DNA of 64,000 bases from Mobula hypostoma (Eukaryota). The notes under the pieces were generated by a model. That model made no database searches. It was not told the origin of the DNA and saw only the letters and a list, made by a program, of their open reading frames with translations. Within the stretch, counting starts at the first letter, position 1; every line of letters starts with the position of its first letter. Both the position numbers and the translations under genes were made by a program. The DNA is taken from assembly GCF_963921235.1 (NCBI RefSeq), contig NC_086101.1:5582001-5646000 (forward strand), given 5' to 3'. This document shows positions 62,257 to 64,000 of this stretch, in pieces.

Positions 62257-62357
62257 CAACACACATCAAAGTTGCTGGTGAATGCAGCAGGCCAGGCAGC
62301 ATCTCTAGGAAGAGGTACAGTCGACGTTTCAGGCCGAGACCCTTCGTCAGGACTAAC
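62257..62357 (-). mobile_element. Penelope pLTR end (second family; also at 6260-6345)
   Basis: 'acacacatcaaagttgctggtgaatgcagcaggccaggcagcatc...cccttcgtcaggact'. Confidence 0.8.
62319..62354 (-). ncRNA. Minimal type I hammerhead ribozyme (Penelope-associated), intact core
   Basis: - strand: AGUC CUGACGA AGG gucucgg CCU GAAAC GUC GACU; stem I AGUC/GACU, stem II AGG/CCU, palindromic ACGU stem III, GUC cleavage triplet. Confidence 0.75.
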
Positions 62358-62452
62358 AGTTAGGAGAGCTGTAATTACAGCAGTCTGCTCCGCCATTCAA
62401 ACGTGGCTGATTTATTAACCCTGTCATCCCCATTCTCCTGCCTTTGGGGCAA

Positions 62453-62737
62453 GGGGCAGCACGGTAGCGTAGTGGTCAGCACAACGCTCGACAGTACTAT
62501 AGACAACCTGGGTTCAATTCCCACCGCGGCCTGTAAGGAGCTTGTACTTTCTCCCCAAGACCACGTGGGTTTCCTCCGGGTGCTCTGGTTTCCTCCCACA
62601 GTCCAAAGACGTACCAGTTAGTAGGTTAATTGGAAATTGTTCTGGGATTAGGCTTGGATTAAATTGGGGTTTGTGGCTCGAAGGGCCAGAAGGTCCTATT
62701 CCACACTGTAGCTTAATAAATAAATAAATAAATAAAT
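62453..62737 (+). mobile_element. Full-length HE1-like V-SINE
   Basis: A-box tagcgtagtgg, B-box ggttcaattcc, V-core 'gtgggtttcctccgggtgctctggtttcctcccacagtccaaagacgt', CR1-like tail 'gggccagaaggtcctattccacactgta', (TAAA)n. Confidence 0.88.
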
Positions 62738-62940
62738 GACAAAAGAAGCCCCTTCTCCACCTCCCCACAGCAATCACACACTGACAGACCGGTCTCCATA
62801 CCTGGGACAGGCTTAAAATTGTAAAGAGGTGCGGGCCCACCACTGATTCCCGGAGCAACCACTGGACATCATATTTTCCCTAAAACATACAATGTGAACA
62901 ATGAACACAATGGGATATGTCCTTATAGAGTCGGAGAGGC

Positions 62941-63217
62941 ATTTATTTATGTAGCGATACAGCACAGAACAGGCCCTTCTGCCTGGCGACCCACCATTCT
63001 GTACCAGCCTAATCACAGGACGATTTACAATGACCAATTAACCTACCTAGCTCTTGGTATGTCTTTTGCACCGTGGGAGAGAACCCAGGCAAAGCCCACT
63101 CAGTCATGGGGAGAACGTACAAGCCTTTTTATAACAGCAAATGCTGAATTGAACTCCAAATTCCGACGCCCGAGTTGTCATAGTGCCGTGCCAACCGTGA
63201 CGTTACCGTGGTAACCA
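62941..63217 (-). mobile_element. Degenerate HE1-like V-SINE
   Basis: Reverse complements of the tail (tttatttat..tacagcacagaacaggccc), the core and the B-box (gaattgaactc). Confidence 0.7.
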
Positions 63218-63219
63218 AA

Positions 63220-63790
63220 AACACTCCAGCACAGCAGCAGGACCTTCATCCCACCTAGGCCGTGCCAAACTATCAGGCTGAACTATGAATCTGCCTCGTC
63301 CCATTGAGCTGCTCCCGGACCTTAGCTCTTCTACTACCCTTTATCTAGTCAAATTTCTCTCGAACGCTGAAATTGAACCTGCATTCACCACTTTCACCGG
63401 CAGCTCATTCACACTCACAGCACCCTCTCAGTGAGGAAGTTCCCACTCAGGTTTCCCTTAAACATTTCACCTTTCACTCTTAACCCCTGACCTCTAGTTG
63501 TAGCCCCACCCAACCCCGGTGGAAAATGCCTGCTTGCACTTGCCCTATTGATACTCCTCAGAATTATGTACGTCGCTATCAAATCTCCCTCATTCTCCCA
63601 CGCTCCAGGGGATAAACTCCTAACCGACTCACCTTTCCTTATAACTCAGGTCCTCAAGTGCCGGCAACACCCGTGTATGTTTTCTCTGCGCTCATTTGAT
63701 CTTATTGCCTTCTTTTCTGTAGGTGGATGACCAGAACTGAAGACAATACTCCAAAATCGGCCTCGGCAACGCCTTACACCACTCTGACAT
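63220..63790 (-). mobile_element. CR1 3' fragment
   Basis: Reverse complements of 'ttttggagtattgtcttcagttctggtca' (LEYC.QFWS) and 'actagaggtcaggggttaagagtgaaagg'. Confidence 0.8.
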
Positions 63791-64000
63791 AACATCGCAA
63801 GTTCATTTGCTGTCATTGATGTTACGGCAGTGCAACGTTTGACAGTCTTTGACACAAGGCCTGGCCCTTCACTCTTCGGTGAATCAGAACCCTACACTGT
63901 GTTGTTGTCCCAACTAGCTTTAGTGCATCCCTCAGCAGTGCCTGTGAATCCGCCTGTCGGCATAGTTCACTTAAAGTCATCTCCTTGTACTAGATGTACC

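Noticed and set aside
62453..62530. tRNA gene (also 15408-15480)
   Set aside because: The A/B boxes continue directly into SINE core and tail sequences, and no convincing cloverleaf forms.

Overview
Eukaryotic, transposon-saturated vertebrate DNA. The repeat repertoire points to a cartilaginous fish, most likely a ray (inference): CR1/HER1-type LINEs, HE1-like V-SINEs, Penelope-like elements with the 'gatgctgcctgacctgctgagttcctccagc' terminal repeat, Rex1/Babar, RTE, L1/Tx1 and DeuSINE remnants. I recognise no host protein-coding gene; every long ORF is retrotransposon- or transposon-derived or a microsatellite artefact. Main structure: (i) a Buster/Charlie-type hAT transposase fossil (~26.8-34.3 kb) cut into five pieces by four retro-insertions, one of which carries two further insertions; (ii) a Penelope element (41.3-48.35 kb, 9-bp TSD) holding a full-length esterase-ORF1 CR1, which in turn holds a young antisense CR1 and a mini-Penelope; (iii) three ~230-290 bp palindromic Penelope insertions with 13-14 bp TSDs, whose arms carry intact, partial or decayed hammerhead-ribozyme cores in opposite orientations, plus a clean minimal hammerhead at 62319-62354; (iv) two CpG-rich, repeat-poor islands with promoter motifs (~17.3-21.0 kb and ~61.2-62.25 kb) that may drive unidentified, possibly non-coding, minus-strand transcripts. 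Coordinates were read by eye, and element ends without TSDs are approximate.
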